Assembly: GCA_036172245.1 (NCBI GenBank)
Contig: JAYWIR010000049.1
Span: 186,001 to 250,000, forward strand
Direction: 5' to 3'
Source of the DNA: Raillietiella orientalis
Lineage: Eukaryota
Length of the DNA stretch: 64,000 bases
In this document: positions 1 to 12,609 of the stretch, piece after piece
How positions within the stretch are numbered: position 1 is the stretch's first letter
How the letters are laid out: each line of letters begins with the position of its first letter
The notes under the pieces: generated by a model
The model's database searches: none
Told to the model about the DNA's origin: nothing
Seen by the model: the letters and a program-made list of their open reading frames with translations, nothing else
Made by a program: the position numbers and the translations under genes

Positions 1-539
1 CGTGTTATTGACGTACGAAAGGCGAAGAAGGCAAAGAAAACCCTTTTTGCTTTCCGTATCGAGTGGGATCCAACCGTTCCTTTAGAGAGGCGGACTATAC
101 AAAAACAGAAAAGGTGTCTGAAACCAGCTGATGGCATGGTCGCCGAATACTTCAGGAATGCAGCGTACAAGGATGTGCTTCTGCGGACTATATGAGCGGT
201 ATTCTGCCCCATATTTGTTTCCCAAACCACGCTCTTCCCTGTGCCTTTTGCCATCAACTTCTCCATGAGCGCTGAACTAGAAACTTGAATCTCCTGCCAC
301 CTCCGAAACTGGGATGCCTGGATTCAGCACAGCAGTCCTGGGTAGCAACTTTGGAATTGCGCCTGGAAGAATCTTCAAGGCAAACTGTTGGGCGAAAGTT
401 TTCGGGACTGAGAGCAATAGTCCTAAATACTCGTCTCGCTTCTTGACTCGACGCTGCACGTCCTCAGGGCAAACGGTGACTGCAGCCTACATGAGGAGTG
501 GGAGTAACCCTGCAGCATAGCGGCAGTCTCGACGGCTGC

Positions 540-1050
540 ACGACGAGAGCGTTTTCGGACGGCTCCACTATCGTATCCGGACCAAAGGAACCCTTCAGTG
601 ATGATCGATCTGCTCGCCGTTAACCCTCGGAGAACTCGCGGTCCCTCTCCTACGCGCACATTCCCGTGGTTCCCGTTGAAATAGAAACGGCATGTCCTGC
701 TGCTCTTCTGCACTGCGGATTCCAGTGCACGCAATGAAGGCACTTGGTTTCCGGGCCCAGCTGCTTGAGGTGCAGGGCGAACGAATGGTGCCCGCACCTC
801 TTGTTGGACTGCGATGCCCTGGGAGTCCTTTGGTGGAGACTCCAGTGGGCATTCCGTCACCCGGAGTGAACTGTTGCCGATTTCCTACAGCGCTTCACGC
901 CAGGCGGACGTACGCCAGCCGCCGTGATCGCCTGGAGATGCTGCACTACGTGACGGAGCCCCGTCGAGGTGGAGGGGGGCCTCCAGCATTCAGCGCCAGC
1001 TGCAGGAAGAGAGAGAGTCCTTCGCCCCTATCCTCTCTTCTTGTTTCACT
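540..1050 (+). mobile_element. Decayed non-LTR retrotransposon ORF2 3' end (CCHC zinc finger)
   Basis: FPLK*K..LLLLH..CLRCRANEWCPHLLLDCDALGVLWWRL (762-840). The 3' end (ccagcattcagcgcca..cgcccctatcctct) is shared with 56200-56320 on the minus strand. Confidence 0.75.
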
Positions 1051-1084
1051 TTATTTCTACTTCCTCCCTCCTGCTACGACTCCT

Positions 1085-1655
1085 TTAGATAGCCGCACGG
1101 GAGGAAATCCGGAAGGGAAACCTTCCACTCTGGTTGTCTCCAAAGGGAACCTCCTTCCTTAATCTCTCTGAATTGGTCCTCAAAGGGGAATCAGTTCTCG
1201 TTTCTTCTCCGGAGGCATCCCCGCAAAGGAATCCCTCCTTGTTTTCTACTCTGAAGAGAACCCCGATAGAAGGCTCCCAAATTTATCTGAAGAGTCGATC
1301 ACCGAAAGGAGCAGCGCGCTTCTTCACACGCTGGATAGACAACCCCTCGAGTAGGAGCCTTCACCAGCTTTATGATCGGCTTTACTCTCACAAGAAGACA
1401 GGAACAACCTCGAAGGGAACCATCTCTTTGATTGCTGGATGGACTCCGGAGTTCTACTTCCGATCCCGTCCAGTCGACAGGGACACCTGGCTTCCACCAG
1501 TGCCGCATTTGAAGCTCACCAAGGCCAACCAGCACCATCTTGCAGGGGACTCCAAACCCCCGACGCACCACTCCTCCGTTTTCGACATCCACCTTTCCCT
1601 GGCGTGATTCGAACCCGCAACCCTTGGTGCTGCAAACGGTCACCAACGCTGGCGG
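1085..1655 (-). mobile_element. tRNA-derived SINE, copy A
   Basis: B box ggttcgaatc (1615-1606) followed by a body shared with 3850-4500, 51135-51790 and 62010-62610 (ggtgcgtcg..tcccc..caag.tg..gct.g.tg..cactggtggaagc; ttctcttcag; gcgcgctgctcc). Confidence 0.75.
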
Positions 1656-2199
1656 AATCTTTATTTTTAATTTTGCTACTGTTGGGCGAATTGCTGTCCC
1701 CACTCGGCATCCTTCGTTGGACCGTGTTGCAGGCTCGGGCATTTTCTTCCTTGGTTTTGGCTTTGTTGTTCGTTTTATCGCGTTCCCTGATTCGTTTCTT
1801 CCGCAATCCTTTTGGACTTTCTCGCATCAGCTGCGTTGTCCGCGGTACCCTGCAGAACTGGTCGCAGAACTGGGAATTATCGTTCGCCCTCCCTGGCAAT
1901 CCACTGCTCTCCTCCTACGTGAGGTGCCCCTTCCATTTTTCAGTTGTGACCCTCTGAACTGAAATGGAGCCTAGCGCTACTCGTTTTCCACGGAATGCCG
2001 AGTTGGGACAGCGATTCGTACAAGGTCCCCTTTCTCGTTGCCAGAGTCCACGCAAGCTACCGGGAAAAGAATCTTCGGGTTTAAAAGCAACCGGATGGTT
2101 CTCATGGACGGGGACGGTATTTTCAACTAAGGAAGCGCGTTGAAAAGACCAGGCCGCAGTTGTTTTCTTATAATAGCTGAACGAGTGGAGAGGTCCTTA

Positions 2200-2700
2200 T
2201 AGCAAGGGAAGGATATTTTGAAGGATGGAAGGACTCTGTCCCAAAATCCTTTGCAGTTGATAAATCGAGCTTCTAGTATTCTTTGAGCATCCTGAGCTCA
2301 CCAGTAGGATATTAGGCGAATGTTTTTCCAAACATGCATCCTCTCGAAATCGAGAAATCTCACTTAAAGTATTCCAAGCGTTCCTTAAGGAGCGGCTACG
2401 AGCTCGGGGTCGAAATCGCGTGCGGTGGGACGCTGTTTTCCAGCCTCCCCGGACATGCGCCTCTGGTTCCCATGTTATTTGTGACGGAATTCTCCAGCAT
2501 GCTAAATTCAGAGTCACCTTCCCATGTTTGCTTCCGTTGTCGTCTTTTCCTTATTCCAACTAGCTGCTGAGTGCCTTATGACAGGATTGATCACGTTTGT
2601 TCGTGAGGTATTATGAATGGGTCAATTTTCAACGAGCAAGTTCCCGAATAGATGACGCTCTTTTTGGTCGTGCGCAGCTTTGGAAAGCCATTCCAGGGAC
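2200..2700 (-). mobile_element. Decayed non-LTR endonuclease C-terminus/linker fragment
   Basis: QSCHKAL (SDH-like) followed by a W..N.S.L-type linker and AWNTL, with multiple stops. Confidence 0.4.
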
Positions 2701-2801
2701 CCGCCCTCTTTTTTTGGAGGTCAGTTTTTTTTCGCAGGGAACTACAGGTAGATCCACTCTACAAGCCGCGTGCTCCACGAGAGAAGCGCGCTCGCATTTA
2801 C

Positions 2802-5800
2802 CTTTGACCTCCACGGCACCTGTAATGCTCTTTGTCGGGAGACCCGGAGTTCTGGTCAAGGAGTTCAGGTGAGCCATCGACTTGAAGGGAAGTCCGCACA
2901 TCCAAGGGAAGCCGAAGAACCCGCAAGGCACGCACAGTGCCCCGAGGAGCAAAATGTCCAGGTGGAAGCCTGTCCCTTTTTTCAGGTTGCGCTCTTTGCT
3001 GCAGATAAGCAACCTAGACGAATAGGACTGGACGGACGAGGACTGTTGGGCTTACTCTGTGATCTGCGTCTCCAGAAAGAGCAAGACGTACAGGAATACG
3101 GCGGGAACGAAGCTCCCGAAGTAGATCCAGACGGGGAGAACTGTTGTCGTTTCCAGTGGGCTAATGAGCCAGGACCTGAGTTCGTAAGAGGTCGGCTTCA
3201 ACACCTTGGGAATGAGCAAGGTTTCCAAGCTCCCGATTTTTAAGAAACTAGCAGCAGACACCATCGCTGCGATGGAACCGGGCACCGTGAAATTGCCGAT
3301 AATCTGCCGTGTCTGCAACGGAAAAGAGGGACGAATCCACGTCCACGTCAAGAAAATGCGTGGGTCCTGAAGGGCGAGGCCTGCAAAGAAACGTACTTTA
3401 TGCCCAAAAAGGACGCTCCTCTTTATGCTTCTGAGCAGGTAAGCCATGCTGAAGGTCCCCAGCATCACCAATGTTGACAGAAGCGCTGTGTTGGATGGAA
3501 GGGCCACAGACAGTCTAATTTGAAAAGATACAGTGTCTAATAAGAAGTGCAACCACTGAACGCTATAGGCAGCGGTTCCTCCGTAATGATATTGCCTAGA
3601 TGCTCAACAAGTGCCCAGCTCGAGTGTGGAGCGCCCCTCCGGCTCGTGGTGGTCGCGTCCAGATGTTTCGCGTGAGAGCCTACTCTGCAGGAGTCATCGG
3701 TGACCACCGCTTCCGCGAGAAAACGAAGAACAACACGTCGGAATCGCAGCCCTGGCTCACCTAAAGCCCAAGCGACGAAAACGCCCATCTGGGCAGCGTG
3801 GCAGTCAGATGAGTTCACTGAATTTTTCTGCACGGGAGCGAACCAAACCGTCCGCGTTGGCCTACCGTGTGACTGCGGTCTCCACGCGTGGCACCGAGCT
3901 TCGTGGGTTCGAAACCCGCCCGCGTAATGGTCGACGTCGAGAAATGAGGGGTGCGTCGTGGTATTCGAGGTCCCCTTCACAAGGTGACGCTAGCTGACTC
4001 ACAAACTTTAAGTACGACACTGGTGGAAGCAGCCGGGTGTCCCCGTTTACTTGCTGGGGCTGGGAATTGACCTCCGAGGTACAACAAGAAGCAAAGGACC
4101 CTTTGCAGTTCTCTTCCGATTGCGAGAACAAAGCCATCCTTTTTTTTAGGGAGCACCTCCGTCTCGTCACATGGAGCCTCGAAAGGGGTATTTCTCCAGA
4201 GTGTTACAGAATCGCGCTGCTCCCTTCGAGGAGCATCCTCCTGAGAAATTGGGAAGCGTCCTTTCTGCGTTCTCTTCAGAAAAGGAAACAAGAAGCGGTT
4301 CCTTCCCGGGCTCCCTTCGGAGGGGAAACTAAGGAGGATCCTCTCCATAGAGAACACGGGAGGAACATTTCGGGGTTCCCCTCTTAAGCGTCAGAGGAAC
4401 GAACTCTCCTTCCTCCCGAGCATTTCTGGATTCGTAGGGAGGACCCTGTGGGGTTATCTCCTAACATGAAGAGAAGCACGCATCTTTGAGCGGTAATAAA
4501 AGTTTTTTTTCACCATTTCCTAAGGAGGCGAGCGGTTCTTGAACACCTGGCGAACAAGGTACGAAAACAGAAGAACCCAGAAGGAATCCGCCAGAGCGAG
4601 GAGCTCTCTTCCCAACGAGCTCGAAACCGTTTCCATTAGAGCAGCAGGTAGCAGCCTCTCGGATGGATGCGGGCTGACTTGTGGCCCGTGATCAAAGATT
4701 CGCAGATAAAACGAAAGGTAGGGATAAAATCGTGCTTCAGAACCGGATGGTCCACCTCCTGTAATGCAGTGGCTTCGGGATGGTGCGCGGAGTGGCCGCG
4801 TGTGTGCCACGTGCAACAATCTTCCAGCGAACCGCGCCGATCCCGAGATGGCATCCGCAGTCGTCGTAGGACCCTGCGGATTTCCGCACCGAGGGAATGA
4901 CGGGCAATGAGGAAACCGAGGAGAACGGGCGAAATCTTTCGGGAGGAAGGTGACGCGTCGCAACATCCAGTAACATCTGTCTTCGCTGCTTTCCTTCCAG
5001 CTTTTCTTTTCATTGTTTTTAGTTCGCTGAGTACCTCTGTAGCCGTTGCGTGCCCAGCGTCCAAGCAGCTCTTTGACACTGTTCTACGCACTCCGAGTGT
5101 GCGTAAAACCCTTCATCATGGGGGATACCCCGTGATGGCGCAATCTAATGAATCTAGGAAGGGGAGTCACTCCTGGGTGGGATCCCGGGAAGGCAATCTC
5201 CTTCCTCATTCTCTCTGGAGGGATCTGCATCATGCCTTCTTCTCCGTAGGGAATTCAGAAAGGATAGTCTATTGAAATTTGTTCTCCAGAGGGAACCGTT
5301 TTTCTGAAGAGAACGGCGGAGGTACGCTTCCGAATCTGCACTGAAGGGTCGCTCGCCGAAGGGTACAGCAGTCTGTGCACTCTGGAAGGGACGCATCATC
5401 ACCGACCCACCATCTCCTTGGTACGAGATGGTTCACCACGCAACCGAAAGGGGACCTTCGAGGAAAACCTGCCAAAAAAGAAATCAAGGAAACGAAATAT
5501 CTGCTACCTGCATTACATTCTTGAAAAGCTGATCGTGCATCTTGCTGTGGATTGCCGGCCGATATCCTTGGTCCAACAGCATGGACCGCTTTGTGGGCGA
5601 TATCTCCTCTAGGAAATGTGCGTGTGTGTGGTTTATTACATATCCTCGAGTGTGACATGAAAAGTGACCTGACGATGGATTGCAGTGCTTCCGGTATGAC
5701 CCGAATGCGGAAACAGCTACACAAGGAATGGCTGAATGCTGTCAGCGCAATTATGATGGGTTTTTCCTTGGACTCGGAGCTGTTCGTAAGCAAGTGGTTT

Positions 5801-8800
5801 CGAAGGACCCGAAAGTGATGCTCAACCACGGTGGAATACATGAAAAGCCTCAGTCAACTCGTGAGACAGGTGAGCGAACAGGAGTTCCCATCAAACAGTC
5901 GGCAGTCCTGCAGGTTACTGCACCACACTGCTCAGCCAGATTCTTTTCTTGAAAGCGAAATCTTAAGACCATGGGGGCTTTAGTAGGCGGAGGTCACTTA
6001 GAAGCGCTCTACCTACCACACCTGGCCGCAAGGGAGCAGCGACGCGCGGGCGCGGGACGAGAAGTGGACCTACTCAACTGTCGCGTGCTGTAGTTGTGCT
6101 GACACCGTCAGTTGTCAATGTATAGAGGCGAACGCATCTCGCGTTGCGTTCTGAACCCACTTTGCTCACGACTCGTATCAGAGTACTCCGAGAACCCCTT
6201 GAAGCCGCGCATGTTCCAGACTTGGTCCAGTTTGTGCCGGTTCGAGCGATGGCCGAGACGAAGTGTCCAAGTATTGTTCCTGCCCACGGGAATTCAACGA
6301 GTAGCCTCTGAATGGCTCTTCTCTTGCTGCGTGCTCCCTAGCTCCCGTTGAGCTTCATTCGTGTCCTGAAGACACCCAGGGCACTTGACGTCAACATGGG
6401 CTCCGGGAGAAAGAGGGAGAGTAGATTTGCAACACTTTCTGCCGCACCCATTCGTGCGCTGCCGTCGATTGCTCAAAGGGATAGAAACTTCCCTCGGAGA
6501 AGGGTCAGTGGTCATTTCGAAATATCGCGTCTTAGGAAGTGTGCTCGCAAGGAATGGGCTGCTTGAAAGTGGCCGCCAGCAGGGCTTTCTTGCTCGTTCA
6601 TTCGGTAAAGAGGATAAACCTCAGGAGATTCGGTACGCAGCTCGCAGTTCGGCTGCTGTGGCTCGGCAATTCTTGGTTGCATCGGCAGGTCTTCGCACGA
6701 ACCCTCAAAACTCGAATGCTTCCTGTACCCTGGTCTTGCTGCACGTCGATTCAACTCTGCTTTCGAGATCCCTCTCCAGAGCACCATGCTCAGGATCTGA
6801 CTCGTCCTTCAAGGGATGATTCCTTCCCAACACATCCACCAGTTTCCCCTTTGATACGACTCCGTGGTATCAGAGAAAACAGCACGTGCTTGTCCAACGA
6901 GCTCTTCTTTCTTCACGCGAAGACTGCAAACTCGTCGAACGGCCGCTGGCTGTAGGCGCCTCGTATTCCCGAAAAGGAAATTCACGCTCCCAAAGAAAGC
7001 GCGCATCCCGAGATTCAAAAAGCAAGGAATTGGAATCCCCCTGCGTCCATTCGAACGACAACGGTGTGGCCTTCGTGTGTCGGTCGCAGCCGCAAACGCT
7101 CCAGGGACCGTTCGAATGAAGTCGATTCATACTTTTACGTCAAGTGTCTTTGGTTTCCCTCATAGTAAGAAACCGGTTTTGTTCTTCTCTACGCAACGCT
7201 CTTTGTATCCGGTGGCATGGCAATGGAACCCGGGGATCGCTTTGCCCGCAGCTAGTGGCACGCGAATGACCTGTGCCGATCGCAATCACGAAACATGATG
7301 GAAAGCAAAGACACGGGATTTTTCCTCATACATCAATATATGCACCTTTATAAGGATATGTATACTTATTCCAATTCATTTTCCTACGTGTTCTTAAAGT
7401 TAATTTTATTGGAAGGGATATAGTTACTACGATTCCGTGACCAACATTGTATTAATACGCTGTTTATTACAGGGTTCACGCATAGTTTCATATTGAAGAT
7501 TACGAACAGAAAGCTTATAGGCTTATTGCATATCGTGAAATAAATACTCATACAAGAATGATACGTGGATAATTCCAAAGTAGAAAGGTGATAAGAAATA
7601 AATAGAGATGCTCATTCAACATAGATTAATATGCAAATTTATTTGAACACACATGCCTAACATATTTATCAACACTCATTTTATTAACAGTAACATCATT
7701 GGAACATACATTTTATTACCATAATTACTAGGTTGTTGATTATATTCGTGCTATGTATATTGAAGATTATAAAAATAAGCATAAGTGCCTATCACACACA
7801 ACAAGATTCATTGATAATATCAATACATGTTTACATCTAAAAAAGCACATGGATACGTATAAATATACAATTCAGCACATAAATTAAGCATACGTATCTG
7901 TATACGTATTTGTTAATTCATAATCTTAAGTACGTATCTCAATCCGTATAATGATTTTTGCATAGGTATATTTGTGAATATATATTTACGTTGTATAATT
8001 TTCGTGATATTAGTCTTCATTGATATCCATTAATTCATATAACCAACTATGTATAATAGTCAAATGTATTTATTTTCAATAATCCTTAATATACATAGAT
8101 ATCAACAACCTCTAAATTTTATTAATAAAACTGTATATCACTGAATTTTGATAATTGCATCTGCTCGAATGTTAGCGTTCATAATACGTATACTCATAAA
8201 TATGAATAAATATGCCCATTAGCATAAATGTGTACATTAATCTACATAGAATAAGCACATGTGTAATTTGATTTCTTATGATCTGGGGGGATTTCGAACC
8301 AGACCCGCGAATGACGCATGCCCACGTGACCTGAGCACAGGGTTACCAGATCGGCAGGCAATGTACCCAATTCTACACCATGCATAACAGCTCAGGCGTC
8401 AGCCACACCCGTTTACAAGGAAACTCTCAAGGAGAATGGAGGAAAAAGGGATTTTTCAATGTGGAGTAAATCGAGGAGAGAACGGTGGACTTGATGACGG
8501 AGAAGGGGAAGCGGACAGATCGAAGCATAACAAAATGGACTTGGTGGATTGAGGCAAGCACAGTAAATGGAGGAAGAGCAAAGAAAACGAAATCACAGGA
8601 AACTACAAGGTCCAAATGGACCAAGGGAATGCTCTGGATGGAGGAGAGCCGGATGCACCAAACGAATCGGAACAAGTGCAGAAGATGAGGATTCGCGTAG
8701 TGCACTACGTGAATCGATGGCTGCAAGAGTTCGTCCAGATGAAGGAAAGCACGTGATGGAAGAAAGGAACTTGATGAGCGCATTTGTTGGGTCCGAAAAT

Positions 8801-9806
8801 TCTTCGGTACGGTTATGTACGCAGATAGGGCAAGACCGGAATGGACCCTGGCGGCTGACATGGAGGGGAACGCCATTTCTCGTGCCGCGCTGCACCTCCG
8901 CGTTCCTTCGCGACAGAATCAGAAAATGCGAGGCGGAGCTGGTCTGCACGGAGGGCGCCGCAGCGGAGGGAACGGGAGGTACGTGGACGTGATCGTAGAG
9001 AAGGTCCTTACCCGTCTTTGTCGGAAGTTCGTTGAGGGTCCGTCCCTAGGCTGGCGTTCGAGAGGTCAGGAAACGGGGGGTGCTGGAGGTAGATCTGAAG
9101 GAAACAGAGCGGTGCGCCGATACAGGCCCACACGGGCGTGCCTACTTTGTAGAGCTTGTGGAACGCCTCGTATATGAAGAACACGGATATGAAGAAGGAG
9201 AAGATTTCCTCCGTGAACCTGGTGAACCAGTGCACCAGGACGCTGCCATCGAGGCAGGCGACCACGATCGCCACGGCGAAGGTCCACATGCCGATCCAGA
9301 TGCGGGAAGACAGGAAGTCCACCTCCAGATATCTGCAGACCTGGGGAGGGCAGGTTCGGCTTACGGTGCTGGACGTGACCACACTGAAGCGTACCGCGAA
9401 GAGGCTGGCATCGTAGAGCAGTCCGGATGCCATGCTCGCGATGATCACAAGCGGCTGGGCGGACAGCAGGGAAAAGATGACACCGGAGACGGCGGTCGCC
9501 AGGATGGTCTCGGACACGCCGATCAGGTTGCCGGTCTTCTCACCTGGAGGAGGCTGCGGTTCGCCCCGACCTCCGGGCGGGTGAGGCCGCACTCACTGTA
9601 CAGACCACCCATCGTGACTGCGGAGGAGAGCTGGGCGAAATAAATGGAGAGAACGGTGGTCAGGACGCTGAGATGGAGGCCGTCCTTGAGATCCGAAGGG
9701 TACTCGGAGTACCTTCGCTTCACTTCCTGGATCACCCCGCCGAAGAACCTGCTGGACCTCTTCCTCGTGTCGAAGCGGTCCTCACCGGAGGACGGGGGAG
9801 GGACCC
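2802..9806 (-). CDS. SLC4 (band 3 / anion exchanger, HCO3- transporter family) membrane domain, TM1-TM10, multi-exon, 5' and 3' partial
   Basis: Exons (minus): 9806-9597, 9543-9395, 9340-9146, 9094-9012, 3514-3397, 3312-3056, 3013-2802. All introns are GT..AG with matching phases (53, 54, 51, 5497, 84, 42 nt). The spliced translation has SLC4 motifs FGGVIQEVKRRY..SDLKD, IYFAQLSSAVTMGGL..EKT, GVSE, AQPL, RIWIGMW, FTRFTEEIFS, FHKLYK, NTALLS, FLETQITE, KERNLKKGTGFHLD and GFPWM..SMAHLNSLT. The last exon ends at a gtaaat donor (2801). TM11-14 exons were not found within the window. Confidence 0.93.
3850..4500 (+). mobile_element. tRNA-derived SINE, copy B (inside the large SLC4 intron)
   Basis: Head cgcgttggcctaccgtgtgactgcggtctc..gcgtggcaccgag..ggttcgaaacc (B box 3906-3916). 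The body is colinear with the other copies and ends near aataaaa at ~4500. Confidence 0.75.
5120..5400 (-). mobile_element. Headless fragment of the same SINE family
   Basis: Shares ctccttcct..tctctctg, ttcttctccg.agg and tctgaagagaac blocks with 1140-1330. Confidence 0.55.
5400..5830 (+). mobile_element. Decayed non-LTR ORF2 3' fragment
   Basis: ICYLH..VHLAVDC (CCHC-like) and a terminal FVSKW motif. Confidence 0.45.
6150..7150 (-). mobile_element. Decayed gag-like ORF1 fragment of a non-LTR element
   Basis: Frameshifted zinc-knuckle remnants (WMCWEGNHPLKD; VKCPGCLQDTN) preceded by LRVKKEELVGQARAVF..Y. Confidence 0.35.
7320..8280. repeat. AT-rich low-complexity intronic tract
   Basis: Very AT-rich, with recurring atacgtat/tatac/cataa words and no credible ORF. 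Confidence 0.6.
8285..8385 (-). other. Pol III promoter-like (A box + B box) relic: possibly a second SINE head or a tRNA pseudogene
   Basis: Minus strand tggtgtagaattgg (A-box-like) followed ~70 nt later by ggttcgaaatcc (B-box-like). No clean cloverleaf can be drawn. Confidence 0.3.
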
Positions 9807-9959
9807 CTGGAACAAGGAGAGGTTAAAAGTGAGGCAGGGTCCTTCCATCACAGGCAGCACGACAGCAATAGACCGCCCCGCACCGCACCCCCTTCCGCTG
9901 CAGAGCTACCAGAGGCGGCAGCAGAAATAGGGGAAACCGAGATGGCTGCAGCAGTCAAG

Positions 9960-11720
9960 CCGGCGGCAATGGCGATCCCAACGGCAACAGTGGGAATTGA
10001 TGATCGCAGCGATGCTATGAATAGCAACAATGACTGAGGCAGCCATGCTAAGCACAGCAATGATTTTAAGAATAATGACGGTGATGGAAGTAACAGCAAT
10101 GATAGTCGCAACAGTAGTGGCAGTGGCAGTAATGGTAAAGGTGTCATCCTAAATAGTGAAAGCGATAAGTGATAATAGCAGCAGTAATAGTAATGGTAGT
10201 TTTAACGGTCATCAGAAAAGCCATGGCAATGATGAGGATCCGATAGTTACAACAGCACGAACAATAAATTATAGTAACGGTAATGAGTTGCGGGGATGCA
10301 GGAATCCATCCGAGCAGTGAGTTGCGGCTGAATGGTGTTCCCTCCGGAAGAAAAAGATGGCAGGTGGCTCGTCCACGCATGCGCACCCACCCTCTTAGGG
10401 GCTTGTAACGTTGCCGAGAGGAAATGAAGTAATGATGGTTGTGATGACAGTGAAGATAAAAATAGTGGTAGGAGTAACAGCAGTAAGAACTGCAAAATTA
10501 GCTATAGTAATAACAGTGTTGATAACAATAGCAATAATATGGCTAATGGGAACAGAAATAATAGTAGTAGTAACACTACTGGCAGTCATAATAGAATTAG
10601 GAACTGCAGCAAAAGAGTTAGTAATAGTGGTGATGGCAATAGTAACAGTAATAATAACAGCAGGAGCATAATATTGGTACCAGTGATAGCAATAGTGAAA
10701 GTGGTAATGGCGATAATAACCGCAAAACAGCAACAATAATAGTAGTGGCCTCAGTGGTAGTAGTACTCGTAGCAGCAGAAATAGTGATAGTAGCAGGGAC
10801 ATAAGTACTGATGATAATCGCAACAACAGAAACAGTGCTAATAATAGTAGTAACAATAACAGTAAGAATAGTAGTAACTATTGCTATTGGCACTAACACC
10901 AGTGATAATAATAATACCAATAGCATAATGATAGCAGAATAGCTATTCAGCAATGGAAATACTGGTAATAGTAGCAATAATAATGATAAGTGTCAACAGG
11001 AGCAATAGCAGTGGTATTAGTAGTAGCAATAATAGCAATGGTAGCTGCGCTAGTGATAACGATAGAAGCAGCAAGAATACTGGTGCTAGCATCATTAATA
11101 GTCATAGCGGTCATAGTAATAGTACCAATAGTACTATCGCTAATAGCAGTAGTGAAAGCGATTGTAATAGTAGTAGCATTTGCATTCATATCGGCCATAT
11201 GAATACTAATGACAATACTAGAAATAGCAACAGTAAAAATAGTAATAGTAATAGTGGTAACTGTAACAATAGCAATATTAGTGACAGTAAGGAGGGAAAG
11301 AACAGCGATGGTGGTAATAACAACAGTAATAAGGAGGGCAACACTTATAATAATTATAGTAGCTCACAGAAATGACAATGCTGATAGTCATGATTGTAAT
11401 ACTAGGAATGAAATTGGTAGAACAGCGGCAGGAGTAATGATAAGAATACTGGTAGCAGCAATAGCAACACCAACAGTAGTTACAGAAGAATTTATTAGTG
11501 ATAACTACGGTGGCAGTAGAAGAAATAGTAGTAACAGCAATGATACAACCAGCGGTGACAATAGCGATGCTACTGGTCAAAGCAGTAATAGTAGCAAGGC
11601 TAGTTATCATAGTAGCTACATTAGTACTATATTCAATGGCAATGGCGATAGCGGCGACAGGGACGGAGGTGGTCACGAGTATGCCGGTGGCGGCAGTGAC
11701 ACATTGGTGGCGGCACCGGC
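9960..11720. repeat. Cryptic trinucleotide low-complexity tract (AGT/AAT/AGC/GAT mix), intronic
   Basis: Strong 3-nt periodicity such as agtaatagtaatagcaata. The plus strand is A-rich. A short unique insert lies at ~10290-10420. Confidence 0.9.
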
Positions 11721-12394
11721 AGCAATCGTGTCTAGACACTTGTAGCAGTGTAGCCGCTTCCTGTAGTAGCCGACAGCACGAGTCGTGGGGAGGGGCGCGG
11801 AGAGCGTAACTGCGAAGGGGCGCTGCATAGCGGGAAGGCATTGGGGCGAGGACCGGGGAGAAGTCCGACTCGGATCTGCTCACGGCCCTTCCGCGTCGCC
11901 CACCTCTGGCCGCCTGACCCCTCTGCTTCACCCCGGCTGCCCCTCGGGCGCGTCCTCTCGCTGAAAGGGACCTCTATCTCTCGCGTGCCTCCGAGCTCTT
12001 AACCGGTCAATAGGACGGGGACCGGGTCGACCCGTTGCTTTCCCTACTCCCCCCTGCTGGCTCGTTCCGAAGGGATCCCGGAGAGGGCGCCGCGGGCTCC
12101 AGTTCCAGGGGATACCCGCTTTCCCCTCGTGGCGGAGGAGCGCCGCAGACAGTTTCGAGGAGCGGCGATGGAGCTACATGCTCTCTGCGGGAACGCGTGG
12201 GAAGGGCCGGGAGATGCTCCACGGCCATCCCGCCATTCCCCTTCCTCCGAGGACTCGACGTTCAGGAGCTCGGCTCACACGCAGCAGCAACGTTCGTCGT
12301 GGCGAGGCCGCAGCCGCCAAATGCCGCGGATGCCCTCCGGAGACAACGAAGAGACGCGCCCCTCCGGCACCCAAGCAGGGTCTCACCAGCTCAC

Positions 12395-12609
12395 CCGATA
12401 TCCCATTTTCCTCGAGGACACGTCCTGGCGAGTCGACGGGCGGCGTTCCTGCCCCCTCTCCACGATCGTACTCCTCCGCCCTCGGGATCTGCTCCAGCCT
12501 CCTTTGTTCGTGGGCGGGCGAGGGGAGTCCAATTGAGGGAGCGGGCGCTGTGGGCTGGTTTTCCTCCTTACTCCCACGGATCGGCGGGATCCCCTGCGGT
12601 GCAGGCCTC
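12395..12609 (-). CDS. Candidate upstream exon of the SLC4 gene (Pro/Glu/Gly-rich, disordered)
   Basis: Strong acceptor (ttctgttgttgtctttcccgtgcag) and donor (G|gtgagc) flank an open frame RPAPQGIPPIRGSKEENQ...VLEENGIS. It ends in phase 1, matching the phase-1 start of exon 9806 (G|GG=Gly). There is no homology support. Confidence 0.45.
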
